In this document: piece after piece, positions 26,216-35,655 of the stretch
Numbering within the stretch: position 1 is the first letter of the stretch
Layout: each line of letters opens with the position of its first letter
IMG/VR virus record: IMGVR_UViG_3300023171_000009
Span: 9,113-73,112 of that record
Source: a virus
Length of the DNA: 64,000 nucleotides
Direction: 5' to 3' (one strand)
The notes under the pieces: model-generated
The model's input: only the letters and a program-made list of their open reading frames with translations
Database searches by the model: none
What the model was told of the DNA's origin: nothing
Made by a program: the position numbers and the translations under genes

Positions 26216-27430
26216 TTATTTTGCTTTTGCAGCCACTTTTTTAGCGGCTCCGGGGCGGGTAGCAGTAGCAGCCTTAGCTACAGGCTTGGTTCCGGCTTCA
26301 GAAGAACTAACAGCCAAGAAGGTATCAACAATTTTGAGCCAGATTTTACCATCCTTGTTAGGGGTTTCATCGGTAATACCTTCCTGTTCCTTCACCAAAG
26401 CAACAGCGCGGTTGACTAGCGCCTCTTCATCCGGCCCCATGGCAAAAAAGCTGAACTTTGTGCGAGCTTCGCGCGGTGAGTTTGTCGCGGTAGCGGCAGC
26501 TTCCCCATCCTCGGTTTCTTCCGCCACGCTGATATATTCCTTTTCCCGGATTTCGTCCTGAATATCGGCAACAGTATGCTTGGTATTTTTGGAGAATTCC
26601 ACCAAAGGAGCGATGTAATCTGTTAGCTCCTTGACCTTCATTCCCTTACTAGCAAGCACAACGCGGGCAAGTTCCTTAGCTTTTGGCCAACCAAGAGATA
26701 GGATTTCAGGGAACGCCTTAAGCAGAGGCTTAAGGTTCTGGACGATTTGCACCCAATACTGCGCGGTCCGGTATTTGATCCCAAGTTCTTGATCCACGAA
26801 AGCGGCGAATCCGCCTTTTTCGGCATACAGGGGAGCGCCGTTTTCGTCCAGAATAGAAGTATAGGATTTGTTAGCTTTGATAGCGACAAGAGCTAAACCG
26901 ATATCAAAATAGGTTTCGTTGGAACGATCCGCCAGCACGCGAACGGCTGCGATAATGTCGCCGCCCTGCTCGCTAATCAGGCCGTCAAGAGTCGGGGACA
27001 AAACAAGAGCTTTCCCTTTTCCCTTGACCTTTCCTTTTCCCTTGCCTTTAGCCTTGGCTTTAGGTGTAGTAGTGGCTTCTCCTTCAGCGGCTTCCTCCGA
27101 CGCTTCAACTTCGCCAGCGCCTTCTTCATCTTCCTCAGACGCGTAAGTTTCATTGAGGTAAGCTTGCTGCTCTTCGTTAGGCTCGACAAGCTCGTCGTGA
27201 CTAGCACAACCGATGCGGGCACCATCTTCGTTATCCTCAAGAGCGGAAACGTCGTAAAACTGAACGCCGTCAATTTCGTCAGAAAGTCCTGTAATAGTAA
27301 CATATTCGCCAGCCTTAAGAGGCTCCGGAATCTCGCCCTCCAGAACCATCACGTCGTCGACTTCATAGAGCACGATTTCAGGTTCTGATTTTTTTGGTGC
27401 GGGACGGGACGGGGTTTTTTTAGCAGCCAT
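26216..27430 (-). CDS. 404-aa acidic/basic DNA-binding-like protein, monocistronic
   Basis: Own promoter (27497-27524) and terminator; FAAFVDQELGIKYRTAQYWVQI helical DNA-binding-like segment; Lys/Ala-rich termini. Confidence 0.6.
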   Translation of the reverse strand: MAAKKTPSRPAPKKSEPEIVLYEVDDVMVLEGEIPEPLKAGEYVTITGLSDEIDGVQFYDVSALEDNEDGARIGCASHDELVEPNEEQQAYLNETYASEEDEEGAGEVEASEEAAEGEATTTPKAKAKGKGKGKVKGKGKALVLSPTLDGLISEQGGDIIAAVRVLADRSNETYFDIGLALVAIKANKSYTSILDENGAPLYAEKGGFAAFVDQELGIKYRTAQYWVQIVQNLKPLLKAFPEILSLGWPKAKELARVVLASKGMKVKELTDYIAPLVEFSKNTKHTVADIQDEIREKEYISVAEETEDGEAAATATNSPREARTKFSFFAMGPDEEALVNRAVALVKEQEGITDETPNKDGKIWLKIVDTFLAVSSSEAGTKPVAKAATATRPGAAKKVAAKAK

Positions 27431-27593
27431 GATGTTTTTGATTTGGGTTGGTTAGTTTATGTTATTGAATTTTAGCGCCTTTTCTGGCGACGGATTAGAT
27501 TACTTTATTCAAGGAGGATTGCAAGTCGTTTTATTCCCAAAGGTGAAATCATTGCAATATGTTAAATGTTATAAATAGGGTATTGACATATAC

Positions 27594-27752
27594 CTATCTG
27601 ACAATAATCGACTTTGTAAAATGCCCGCGAATTCTCAATAAATACGCGTCCGCGTTAAAGGGTATCCGTCGCCATTTACCTTTCAGCTTCCCATATTGAC
27701 AAAAATATAGATTTAGTTTCCTTACCGGTTTGGGCTTAAGTCTAATTTTCAT
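27594..27752 (-). CDS. 52-aa basic protein (not in ORF track)
   Basis: MKIRLKPKPVRKLNLYFCQYGK... Confidence 0.45.
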   Translation of the reverse strand: MKIRLKPKPVRKLNLYFCQYGKLKGKWRRIPFNADAYLLRIRGHFTKSIIVR

Positions 27753-27786
27753 GTAAATCGGACAAATCCGCCAGATTTGAAATAAA

Positions 27787-28392
27787 TCAAGTCGATTTTT
27801 GCAACGATTTCACTTTTTTGGGTTTATTTGGCTTTATCAGGCAATTTTTTACAGTTTCTATCTGAAAAAGTTGAAATTTTGGCGTCAAGCCTGCGGATAA
27901 CATGCTCCAAACTCTTGTCATTTGTGCCAAAATAAATGCATCCGCTAAATCATTGTCCTCCGTGTCATACCCAAACCAGTGTTTTACGTTTAACATAACC
28001 TCATCTTTATCCGCGTTTCCTATTCCTACAAAACTTTTGACGGCAGTAGGGGGAGCCTCAAAGTAATTACCTAGCTTTTCGTATAACTCCATTCGAACAA
28101 TCCCACCGATTTCAGCCATTTGCAGCTTTCTGGAGCCTAACGCTCTAATAGCGTAACCTTCAACTCCAGCATAATTAATTCCCGGTAACATTTCTCTCAC
28201 TGCATCGCGAATATATTGCCACCTTAAAGTGCCTTCCAGCCTATTTTTACCTTTACCCGGAATAACCACACGTTCAGTTATTTTAGGGCTTTTGCTTGAT
28301 AAATCCGTGCTAGGAACTTCTAAGACTATTAGGCCAGTGCGGTTCAAGGAAAGGTCAATCCCCAAATATTTGATAGGTTTGGAAAGCTTCAT
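27787..28392 (-). CDS. ruvC: RuvC-like Holliday junction resolvase
   Basis: YLGIDLS, VEGY, DNDLADAF. Confidence 0.85.
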   Translation of the reverse strand: MKLSKPIKYLGIDLSLNRTGLIVLEVPSTDLSSKSPKITERVVIPGKGKNRLEGTLRWQYIRDAVREMLPGINYAGVEGYAIRALGSRKLQMAEIGGIVRMELYEKLGNYFEAPPTAVKSFVGIGNADKDEVMLNVKHWFGYDTEDNDLADAFILAQMTRVWSMLSAGLTPKFQLFQIETVKNCLIKPNKPKKVKSLQKST

Positions 28393-29252
28393 GGCGGTAA
28401 AGTGAAACATCCTTGGCATTGATCGCAACCTTTTGCACGGGACGACTCGTTAGTATTACAAATTCTTGTTGGAAGTTTAGAAGTATCAAAAACGGATGCA
28501 GCCTGTCGTTTTAAAGAATCAGCCAAGGTGCGATAAATTGAGTCTTTACTTAAATCCAATTCAAAATATTTATACGGAGAATTGAACCTGTATTCTTTCC
28601 TTGCATAAATATTCAAACCATAATCAGCCACGGGAAAAGGCAATTTATCATCAGGTAATAATACTCCATAAAGTGCTAATTGCGTAGCATGACTACCTAT
28701 CGCCTTTTTTAAAGATGAAAATCCTTTATTAGTCTTGTTGCCTGAATCACTATCAGTAATTGATTTAATCTCAATTGGAACAATGATCCCGTTTTCTACG
28801 ATGGCAAAATCCATGCTTCCTGTTATTCTCCATGTCCAGTTTTCAATAACATATTCTGAATAATTGTTGAATGGAGTATCACAACACGCGGAAATCATTC
28901 CGGGTTTATAAACGTTATCGTAGTAACTTTTGCCACATCGGCAACGCCATCGACCAAAACAATTTTCAGGGCCGTAGCCGTCTATCAAGGAGCGTCTAAT
29001 GTGTCGTTCAACTTCACGGCCAATTGCCCATACTAGCCTGTCCGCGCCAGTGGGTTTCCATGTTCTAGCTCCATGTTGCAGGTATTTTAGAGATAGAGCA
29101 TAAGCGCGGGCGCACCAGTCAACTAATGTGCTAACATGGACAAGGTCAGGGTTAGTGCGTATTTCCTCCGGAGCCGAATCTTGCGCCCACAAAACATTAC
29201 CAATATCGCGCCTTAGATTTAAAGCGTTTTCTAGGTTAGACGATAAGCTCAT
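28389..29252 (-). CDS. PD-(D/E)XK exonuclease, Cas4/AddB-like
   Basis: GSMDF, IEIKS, QLALY, Cys pattern WCAR...RIC...CDQC. Confidence 0.75.
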   Translation of the reverse strand: MSLSSNLENALNLRRDIGNVLWAQDSAPEEIRTNPDLVHVSTLVDWCARAYALSLKYLQHGARTWKPTGADRLVWAIGREVERHIRRSLIDGYGPENCFGRWRCRCGKSYYDNVYKPGMISACCDTPFNNYSEYVIENWTWRITGSMDFAIVENGIIVPIEIKSITDSDSGNKTNKGFSSLKKAIGSHATQLALYGVLLPDDKLPFPVADYGLNIYARKEYRFNSPYKYFELDLSKDSIYRTLADSLKRQAASVFDTSKLPTRICNTNESSRAKGCDQCQGCFTLPP

Positions 29253-29607
29253 TTAATTTTTGCAATAGTTGCAGTAAATCTTCTACAGGGATTACAGCAA
29301 ATCCGCTCTCTATTGTTCCGCGTTCATTTAAAAACTCCACTATTAAAGCGGGAATTTCACTGGCACTTGCGGCGGCAGTTTGAATTTTATACAAAGTTTC
29401 ACGGGTGACGCTAAAAGACTTCAAAGAAGTTGCTTTGCATTCAAGCCTATATATACCATTCTTTCTAACATCGCCTTTCTCTTGCTTAGCTCCGGAAGCT
29501 TTAGTGGTTCTGGCTCCTAGTTTCTTTGCAAGGGAGGATTCTTGTTTGTTAGAATGTTTATAGGCTACTCCCTGTTTTATCAAAGTATGCCTAGGACGTT
29601 TTAACAT
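29236..29607 (-). CDS. Hjc-like PD-(D/E)XK resolvase
   Basis: QESSLAK, SGA..KGDV, LECKAT. Confidence 0.7.
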   Translation of the reverse strand: MLKRPRHTLIKQGVAYKHSNKQESSLAKKLGARTTKASGAKQEKGDVRKNGIYRLECKATSLKSFSVTRETLYKIQTAAASASEIPALIVEFLNERGTIESGFAVIPVEDLLQLLQKLNELIV

Positions 29608-30787
29608 GTCTTACGGGTAACTTAAATTTAGGCTTAGCAGGACTTGCCGCAGGTTTGGCGGCATGTGTTGAAGCGGTGGTTTTTAGTGGTGCCAGTTTTT
29701 TAGCGCCTCCTAGATAATTATCGATAGGAAACGGCGTCATTCCTTTTATTTCCCTGAACTTAGCAAGAGTAGCCTGCCGCATGTAGAGATTGAATTCTTT
29801 GTCAGTTTGCAACAAAGAGGACACTTCAGCGCCGGTTCTAAAATGATAGTCAAACATAGGAACATACAGCTTAGGTGCTCGCCCTTCCATAATGCCCATT
29901 TGTGCCGCATAATTACGGATTTGATCGAACTCCACAACCGTTCCATAACCGTATTTATTCTGAGGATCAGTTACCATTTCAAAAGCACCCTCTTTAAGGC
30001 CGGACGATCCTTTGCTCTTCCAGATTTTAAATCCACCTTCATAGGCGTCATTTTTATCAGTTATTTTTCCGTTCTCCATGTTAATCTTTTTAGCGAATAA
30101 CTCTACCTTAGTTTGATGGAAGAAATTGCTAAGCACTCCACCGGGCAAAACACGATTATCCATTTTAGGATTTTGAACTTGTTTATACCGCCATTGATTA
30201 GTGCTAAGGACGGTTAGTTTATTGCCGATTTTAGCGCGTTCAAGCATGTATATACGCATCTTAGTGCAAAGCCGCGTAATCTGGTTAGCCATGTAAGCGT
30301 AATTTGCCCCATCTTCCGCAGACTTTTCCACAATATCAGAATGCACAATACCAGATAGCGGATCAACAATAATTAATGAGATTTCTTCAGTATGCGCAGC
30401 TACATCAGCTAAATCCACCGCTGCCTGCCCACTTGGTGCTTGCAGCAGTTCAACCTTTGTCATGTCCGCCCCTTGTGCCGCTGCCCATTCTTGCTGGATA
30501 CCCATAGGGTCAAGGTCAATCCAAGCAACCCGCTTATTTGGGTATTTTTTTTGGAATTCTCCAATTACCCGATAGCAATTAGTAGTCTTCCCCACGCTTT
30601 CCCAGCCTAAAAACATGTTAGCAGTTGACTCACATATTCCACCACAAAGAGCCAAATCCAACATAAATATGCCAGTAGGAATAATAGTAAAAGGTTCAAG
30701 AGTGCTGGCGGTCCTCATTGTCTTTTCCCCATACGCTGCGCTAACTTGCTGGCGCGTATCAGTCAATTTTTGCATTTCAAAAGCCAT
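29591..30787 (-). CDS. recA: RecA-like recombinase
   Basis: PTGIFMLDLAL.GG, GWESVGKTT, IIVDPL, NQWR, PGG. Confidence 0.92.
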   Translation of the reverse strand: MAFEMQKLTDTRQQVSAAYGEKTMRTASTLEPFTIIPTGIFMLDLALCGGICESTANMFLGWESVGKTTNCYRVIGEFQKKYPNKRVAWIDLDPMGIQQEWAAAQGADMTKVELLQAPSGQAAVDLADVAAHTEEISLIIVDPLSGIVHSDIVEKSAEDGANYAYMANQITRLCTKMRIYMLERAKIGNKLTVLSTNQWRYKQVQNPKMDNRVLPGGVLSNFFHQTKVELFAKKINMENGKITDKNDAYEGGFKIWKSKGSSGLKEGAFEMVTDPQNKYGYGTVVEFDQIRNYAAQMGIMEGRAPKLYVPMFDYHFRTGAEVSSLLQTDKEFNLYMRQATLAKFREIKGMTPFPIDNYLGGAKKLAPLKTTASTHAAKPAASPAKPKFKLPVRHVKTS

Positions 30788-30788
30788 A

Positions 30789-31121
30789 TTAGTTTCCGCA
30801 GATTAAGTTAAAGTTTTGGCGTGTTATTGACATTTCATCAATTAAATATTGCTGCCCTTCAGCGCTCGCTTGTTGTATAGCGGCAGAACGAGCATCCACA
30901 GAATTTTCACAAGGGATGTGGACGCTTACATTTACTTTTATTGAGTAAAAATCACCCATGTTTTGAGTCGCGCCTATAGAAAGTGTTACTCCGGAGTCCA
31001 ATTCGCTTTGTTCAACTCCTGCTTTTTTTGCAACGATTTCATTATCCTTCTCGGCTATTACCTTTCCATGGCTGTGAATAGAACTTCCTACTGAGATAGC
31101 TTTTACCTTGGCTAACTTCAT
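30789..31121 (-). CDS. Hypothetical protein
   Basis: ORF in replication block. Confidence 0.7.
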   Translation of the reverse strand: MKLAKVKAISVGSSIHSHGKVIAEKDNEIVAKKAGVEQSELDSGVTLSIGATQNMGDFYSIKVNVSVHIPCENSVDARSAAIQQASAEGQQYLIDEMSITRQNFNLICGN

Positions 31122-31669
31122 AAGATAACACCTTTCTCTAAATCAAGTTTTCTAGCTATTTTAAGATGATAATTAATTAGAGATTTGAGTCTATCCTTCG
31201 TGATGGCAGTCCAACGTTGGCGCTGTCCAAAATCGTAATAATCGATAAAAGTTTCTTGAATAGCTAGACACTCTCTAACTGTTAAAAATTGAGTCCTTAC
31301 ATAGTAGCCATCAAGACGCATTGTGTTTGATGGCCTACGTCGTTTCCACCATATGTCAAAAAATTTAACCTTTCCAACCATTTCCGAGATTCTAAGGGTG
31401 GAATACCACATAGTGTGCTTATTATTGAACGTTCTCAGAGATAATCCCCTAACTGGCAAATACGTAAATTTACATAATGGATTTTCTCCAAATGGATACC
31501 CAAAAGTGTTAATGCACATATCTTCCACTTCAGCCAAGCTAACGAGTGGCGTTTTGTGTATAACTTTAACTTTTGGCTTCCATTCACGCCGCTGGCCTCT
31601 TCTGCAATTGATAGGATTGATTAAGGTTGTAAGACACATAAGAGTTTCAAAGGTTTGCCACAGTAACAC
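31118..31669 (-). CDS. Hypothetical protein
   Basis: ORF; start uncertain. Confidence 0.55.
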   Translation of the reverse strand: MLLWQTFETLMCLTTLINPINCRRGQRREWKPKVKVIHKTPLVSLAEVEDMCINTFGYPFGENPLCKFTYLPVRGLSLRTFNNKHTMWYSTLRISEMVGKVKFFDIWWKRRRPSNTMRLDGYYVRTQFLTVRECLAIQETFIDYYDFGQRQRWTAITKDRLKSLINYHLKIARKLDLEKGVIL

Positions 31670-32966
31670 CCTTTATCTGTTCGCACAAGGAGAGTCGTTT
31701 AGTTGAAATAGCTCTTAAAAATGGTATAGCGGTATCGATAGGCGTAATCCAAATAGGGTCTAATTTATCAGGGAATAAGCGTCTAACCCGCCCTAACTCC
31801 TGTTCCGGTTCTGAACTTGGGGTTAAATCTATACCTGCGTTAAGCCGTGGTATATTCTTAGCTCTGCGAAAGGTTCCCCTTGTTGCTAGTATTACCCTTG
31901 CTTCAGTTTCAATAAATTGTTTTTCTTTATCGGTAAGTTTTGCTTTATACACAAAACAAGTAATACCCATTGCAGTCAACAAATCTCTCAAAGTCTCAAG
32001 TTGAGATATCCGGTCAGAGACTCCTAAAACATGGCGTCCGCGATTTATCATCCATCTTAAATAACCGGCTATCCAGTGGTTTCTAGCACCGTCAGTAGCA
32101 ACAGCCGTGATAACTTTACCTAAACTATAAGATCGTTGAATATGTAGCGGGTATTTACCAGTATACACAATAGGCTTAACGGTCAACGGCATTACATCCT
32201 GACCGCTAACTACAAAATCACTTCCAAATTGATTGATGAATAAACCTTGGCAACCGTCTTTACGTTTCCAAGTAGCGGACAAGGCGAGCTTGTATTTTGC
32301 GGGGAATAATCCTATCGCTTTACTAAAACTTCTTGCCCCTAGAACGTCGCACTCATCAAACGAAATAAAACCAAAAGCATTGTAAAATTCTCTAGGATAC
32401 CTCCTTTGAACTAACGAATGCACCATCGCAATTGAGATAGGCTTATTGTATTCACATTTATCAGATTGGATTATCCCGATGTGATCTTCAGCCAATCCAA
32501 GATGTTTTGTTATCTCAAGTTTCCACTGCCTTATAAGACTATCTTCTGGAACTACTATCAAAGTTCTAAGCTTCAAGGAGGACGCTATTTTAAGCGCCGA
32601 CACGGTTTTTCCACTCCCGGTTTGAGCATTACCAAAAGCGACACCTTTAGTCTTGAGCCTTGAAAATAGGCCGTCAAAAAACTGTTGCTGTGCTTCGTCG
32701 CGTGCAACGATTTCACTTTTTGCTAGCTGGGGAATTACAGGCCCTTTATAGCGTAAATCTAACGAATTCTCGTTTTGGAAATACTCTTGCGACCACGCTA
32801 TAGGCAAGAAAATGTGAGTTCCAGAAATCCGATACCCTAAAATAGAGTCTGGCTCTTTTTTAGAAAAAGATTTAGGCGTATATGTATGAATTCGCTTTAT
32901 CCTAGCAAGCTCGCTTTTTTCAATCTCAAATAAAGGCTTGGATGCCCATGAGCGAAGTGTATACAT
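31647..32966 (-). CDS. Superfamily 2 helicase
   Basis: AQTGSGKT, DECD, SAT..R.DG, QELGRVRR. Confidence 0.88.
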   Translation of the reverse strand: MYTLRSWASKPLFEIEKSELARIKRIHTYTPKSFSKKEPDSILGYRISGTHIFLPIAWSQEYFQNENSLDLRYKGPVIPQLAKSEIVARDEAQQQFFDGLFSRLKTKGVAFGNAQTGSGKTVSALKIASSLKLRTLIVVPEDSLIRQWKLEITKHLGLAEDHIGIIQSDKCEYNKPISIAMVHSLVQRRYPREFYNAFGFISFDECDVLGARSFSKAIGLFPAKYKLALSATWKRKDGCQGLFINQFGSDFVVSGQDVMPLTVKPIVYTGKYPLHIQRSYSLGKVITAVATDGARNHWIAGYLRWMINRGRHVLGVSDRISQLETLRDLLTAMGITCFVYKAKLTDKEKQFIETEARVILATRGTFRRAKNIPRLNAGIDLTPSSEPEQELGRVRRLFPDKLDPIWITPIDTAIPFLRAISTKRLSLCEQIKGVTVANL

Positions 32967-32982
32967 ATACGCCTAATTGTTA

Positions 32983-34119
32983 TCAACCAAAAGCTTCGGG
33001 TTTGCCTACGCTTCTAGGCGCGGGCCTAGTAACGAGTGCGGGCCTTGATGTTGACGGTATAGCTGTTGGTTTAGCGGTGGTCGGAGCCGTTTTAGGCTGT
33101 GGCCTGCCCGGCATACTAGCAGGAGGCCTAGAAGTGGGAGGCTTAGGTGGGGTTTTTTCAAGGCCGGGGATTTCTTCACCGTCTGCCGGAGCCTCTTGAT
33201 TTTCGTAAGCGGCCCATTGTTCTTGAGCGCTCTGACGGCTTCCAGCAACTTTCCCTCTACCCTCTTCCGCCTTACTGAAAACTTCTTCGATATTAGGTTC
33301 ACCGAATATGCTAGCATAGTCCATAGGCCACATATGTTCACCCTCTTCAATGTAGACTTTCCCTTCCTCATTTTTGACTTCAGGGTTGTTAGCCCATCCT
33401 TCGATATCCTCTTCAGTGGCGAAAGTGTAAGAAACTGGCTCACCGGTTTCAGGATCGGCAAAATCAATCGGAAATCCAGTGCGAAAACTTTTTTCTGAAG
33501 AACTTCGTTCCATCATCAAAGTCATTCCCCGCAACGTTTTACCGCGCTTTACCGCCATAGCCTCTTTTTTAAGAAGCTCAGTAGCTAAGTCTCCACTAAC
33601 AGGCAGCAACGTATGCCGGTATGCATGTTTTACTTTCTGCCCTTCCTTACCAGTTTCATACTCTTGGAAAGCTAGGATTGTGAGAAAATTAACAAGTTGC
33701 CCTTTCTTTCCTAACTCACGGCATTTAGGGCAAGGGCCGATGCCCATATCCATGAAACACCATGAATAATTACCCCATTTTCCATCCTCACCGGGCTCGT
33801 TGTGCTCGCGCCGATAAAAACTGGTAGGGCCATTAAGACTTTCGTCCAGTATAACGATAAAACAGGAGTTTGCAGGCTCTAGCCAAAAACGGTATTTGGC
33901 TTTCCGTTGCGGAGAATTTCTTTCTTCCGCCTCTTTCTTCCTACGGGCATTATCCGCTGCTAGTGCGTCAGCGTAAGACATTTGATTTCCCATAGGAGGA
34001 CGCGGGCTAACGCTAGCAGTATTCGGCCTCGACGACGGGACTGGTCTTGCGGCGGGTCGTTGTCCGGGCAGCGGTCGGGCTGTCGGAGCGGTTGTTTTTG
34101 GGAGTGGTCTTGATGGCAT
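32983..34119 (-). CDS. ssDNA-binding/annealing-type protein with Pro/Arg-rich disordered ends
   Basis: RFWL, Zn site (CFMD..CPKC), acidic central part; position in replication block. Confidence 0.55.
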   Translation of the reverse strand: MPSRPLPKTTAPTARPLPGQRPAARPVPSSRPNTASVSPRPPMGNQMSYADALAADNARRKKEAEERNSPQRKAKYRFWLEPANSCFIVILDESLNGPTSFYRREHNEPGEDGKWGNYSWCFMDMGIGPCPKCRELGKKGQLVNFLTILAFQEYETGKEGQKVKHAYRHTLLPVSGDLATELLKKEAMAVKRGKTLRGMTLMMERSSSEKSFRTGFPIDFADPETGEPVSYTFATEEDIEGWANNPEVKNEEGKVYIEEGEHMWPMDYASIFGEPNIEEVFSKAEEGRGKVAGSRQSAQEQWAAYENQEAPADGEEIPGLEKTPPKPPTSRPPASMPGRPQPKTAPTTAKPTAIPSTSRPALVTRPAPRSVGKPEAFG

Positions 34120-34549
34120 TTGATTTAGTGGTTTTTTGTTTTTTAGTTTTTACTTTTTTAGCAAGTCTTTTGCATAATTGGCCGATTTTTCGGCCGGGCC
34201 AGTCTAACATTCTATCATAATTAAGTGGATTTTTGGGAGCCTTAACTGGAAAAAATATAGCACAAAGAAAGGCATAAACTATACCTGCTTCCCTCATTGG
34301 AAAGCCTTGAATAACAAGTTTTAAAGCGTTTCTAGGCGGGTTATTATAGTCAAAGATAAAACTTCCAGCTTGGGCATAAGAGCCTTTAGCTTCAAGGTTT
34401 ACAAGTATTTGTGTTGATTTTTGGTTAGTAAAAAAAGAGAGGGGTGTTAAGTATAAGTTTCGATTATCTTGTTTTAGTAGAGGGAATATTATTCCCTTGT
34501 TGTGTTTTAGTTTGTTTCTAAAATCGGAATACCGATCAAATGCTATCAT
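34013..34549 (-). CDS. Hypothetical protein
   Basis: ORF; promoter TTGACC-N16-TATAGT at 34559-34586. Confidence 0.55.
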   Translation of the reverse strand: MIAFDRYSDFRNKLKHNKGIIFPLLKQDNRNLYLTPLSFFTNQKSTQILVNLEAKGSYAQAGSFIFDYNNPPRNALKLVIQGFPMREAGIVYAFLCAIFFPVKAPKNPLNYDRMLDWPGRKIGQLCKRLAKKVKTKKQKTTKSNAIKTTPKNNRSDSPTAARTTTRRKTSPVVEAEYC

Positions 34550-34594
34550 AGCAAAGTTACTATAGGTAGGGTTGGTAATAGGTCAAGGGCAGCT

Positions 34595-35638
34595 TTAGTT
34601 TGCCATTATCGAATGTTCCATCATTTGTGAAATCGTTGCAGATTCTAACTGGTCGGGATCGGTCAAAGGTTCATTGCTTTCCGCATTAACCGGCCATGGT
34701 GGAATAAATAATGGATGTCCTTTTAACAGGTCGACTACGCCTTTTACCCGCCTTCCTGATTCAGTGGTATACCCATTGATACCTTTCTTTCCGGCTTCAT
34801 CGTTATCATAAAATGCATAAACAGGTAAACCCCAATCAACTAAAGTTTCAGCCTGCCACTGACTTAGCCGGGCTCCAAGAGTGGCTATAGGATGGCCAAA
34901 TCTATCGGCCCCGACTTCATACATTGAAGCATATGCAAAAAGACCTTCCACCAACAAGATAGGCTTTTTAGTTTCAGAAGGTATCAAGTCAGCGCCTAAA
35001 AGATTGAATTCTTTATGAAGTCCTAGCATGTCCTGAATCTTAACTTTGCTGTCATGACGAATTGAGCGACCACTAAAACCAAATAATTCACCTTTCCGAT
35101 TCTTAACAGGAAACATTATTCTTTTGTGGCTGATAACATCCTGCCCCAATGTTCCAGAATAACATAAGCCTAACATTGTGGCCGTCGATTCGGAAATAAG
35201 TCTCTCCTTCAAATATTGCCTAGCTTCAGGAACTTCCCAAGCCGGTTTATACATTCCTTTTATTTGTCCGGGAGATATAGGCTCTGGCCTTTCTACCTGA
35301 GTAAATTCGCCAAACTCAAAGTTTTGAACAACTTCAGATTCCGCAAGCATTATATCATGAACTAAAGAAATATAGTCAAGTCGACGATACCCCCCTAACA
35401 TAGTGGCAAGGTCAACTATGCTGCCTGAGCGACCACACACGTAACAATTAAAACCTGAACGCTTTTTATTATCAGCTTTTACATGAAATTTATTACCTTG
35501 TGCCCTTAAATCCCCTTTTGATTTGTGTCCTCCAAATGGAGCAAAAGGGCATTTACCATACATCCAACCGTCATCGCGGGGAGCACCTATTTGTATTTCA
35601 AGGAGAGCTAAAATTGGCCTTAATTTTGATATATGCAT
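34595..35638 (-). CDS. dnaG: DNA primase (Zn-finger plus TOPRIM)
   Basis: CPF..H..CYVCG; LVEG; YDNDEAG. Confidence 0.88.
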   Translation of the reverse strand: MHISKLRPILALLEIQIGAPRDDGWMYGKCPFAPFGGHKSKGDLRAQGNKFHVKADNKKRSGFNCYVCGRSGSIVDLATMLGGYRRLDYISLVHDIMLAESEVVQNFEFGEFTQVERPEPISPGQIKGMYKPAWEVPEARQYLKERLISESTATMLGLCYSGTLGQDVISHKRIMFPVKNRKGELFGFSGRSIRHDSKVKIQDMLGLHKEFNLLGADLIPSETKKPILLVEGLFAYASMYEVGADRFGHPIATLGARLSQWQAETLVDWGLPVYAFYDNDEAGKKGINGYTTESGRRVKGVVDLLKGHPLFIPPWPVNAESNEPLTDPDQLESATISQMMEHSIMAN

Positions 35639-35655
35639 AAGTGAAATCGTTGCAA

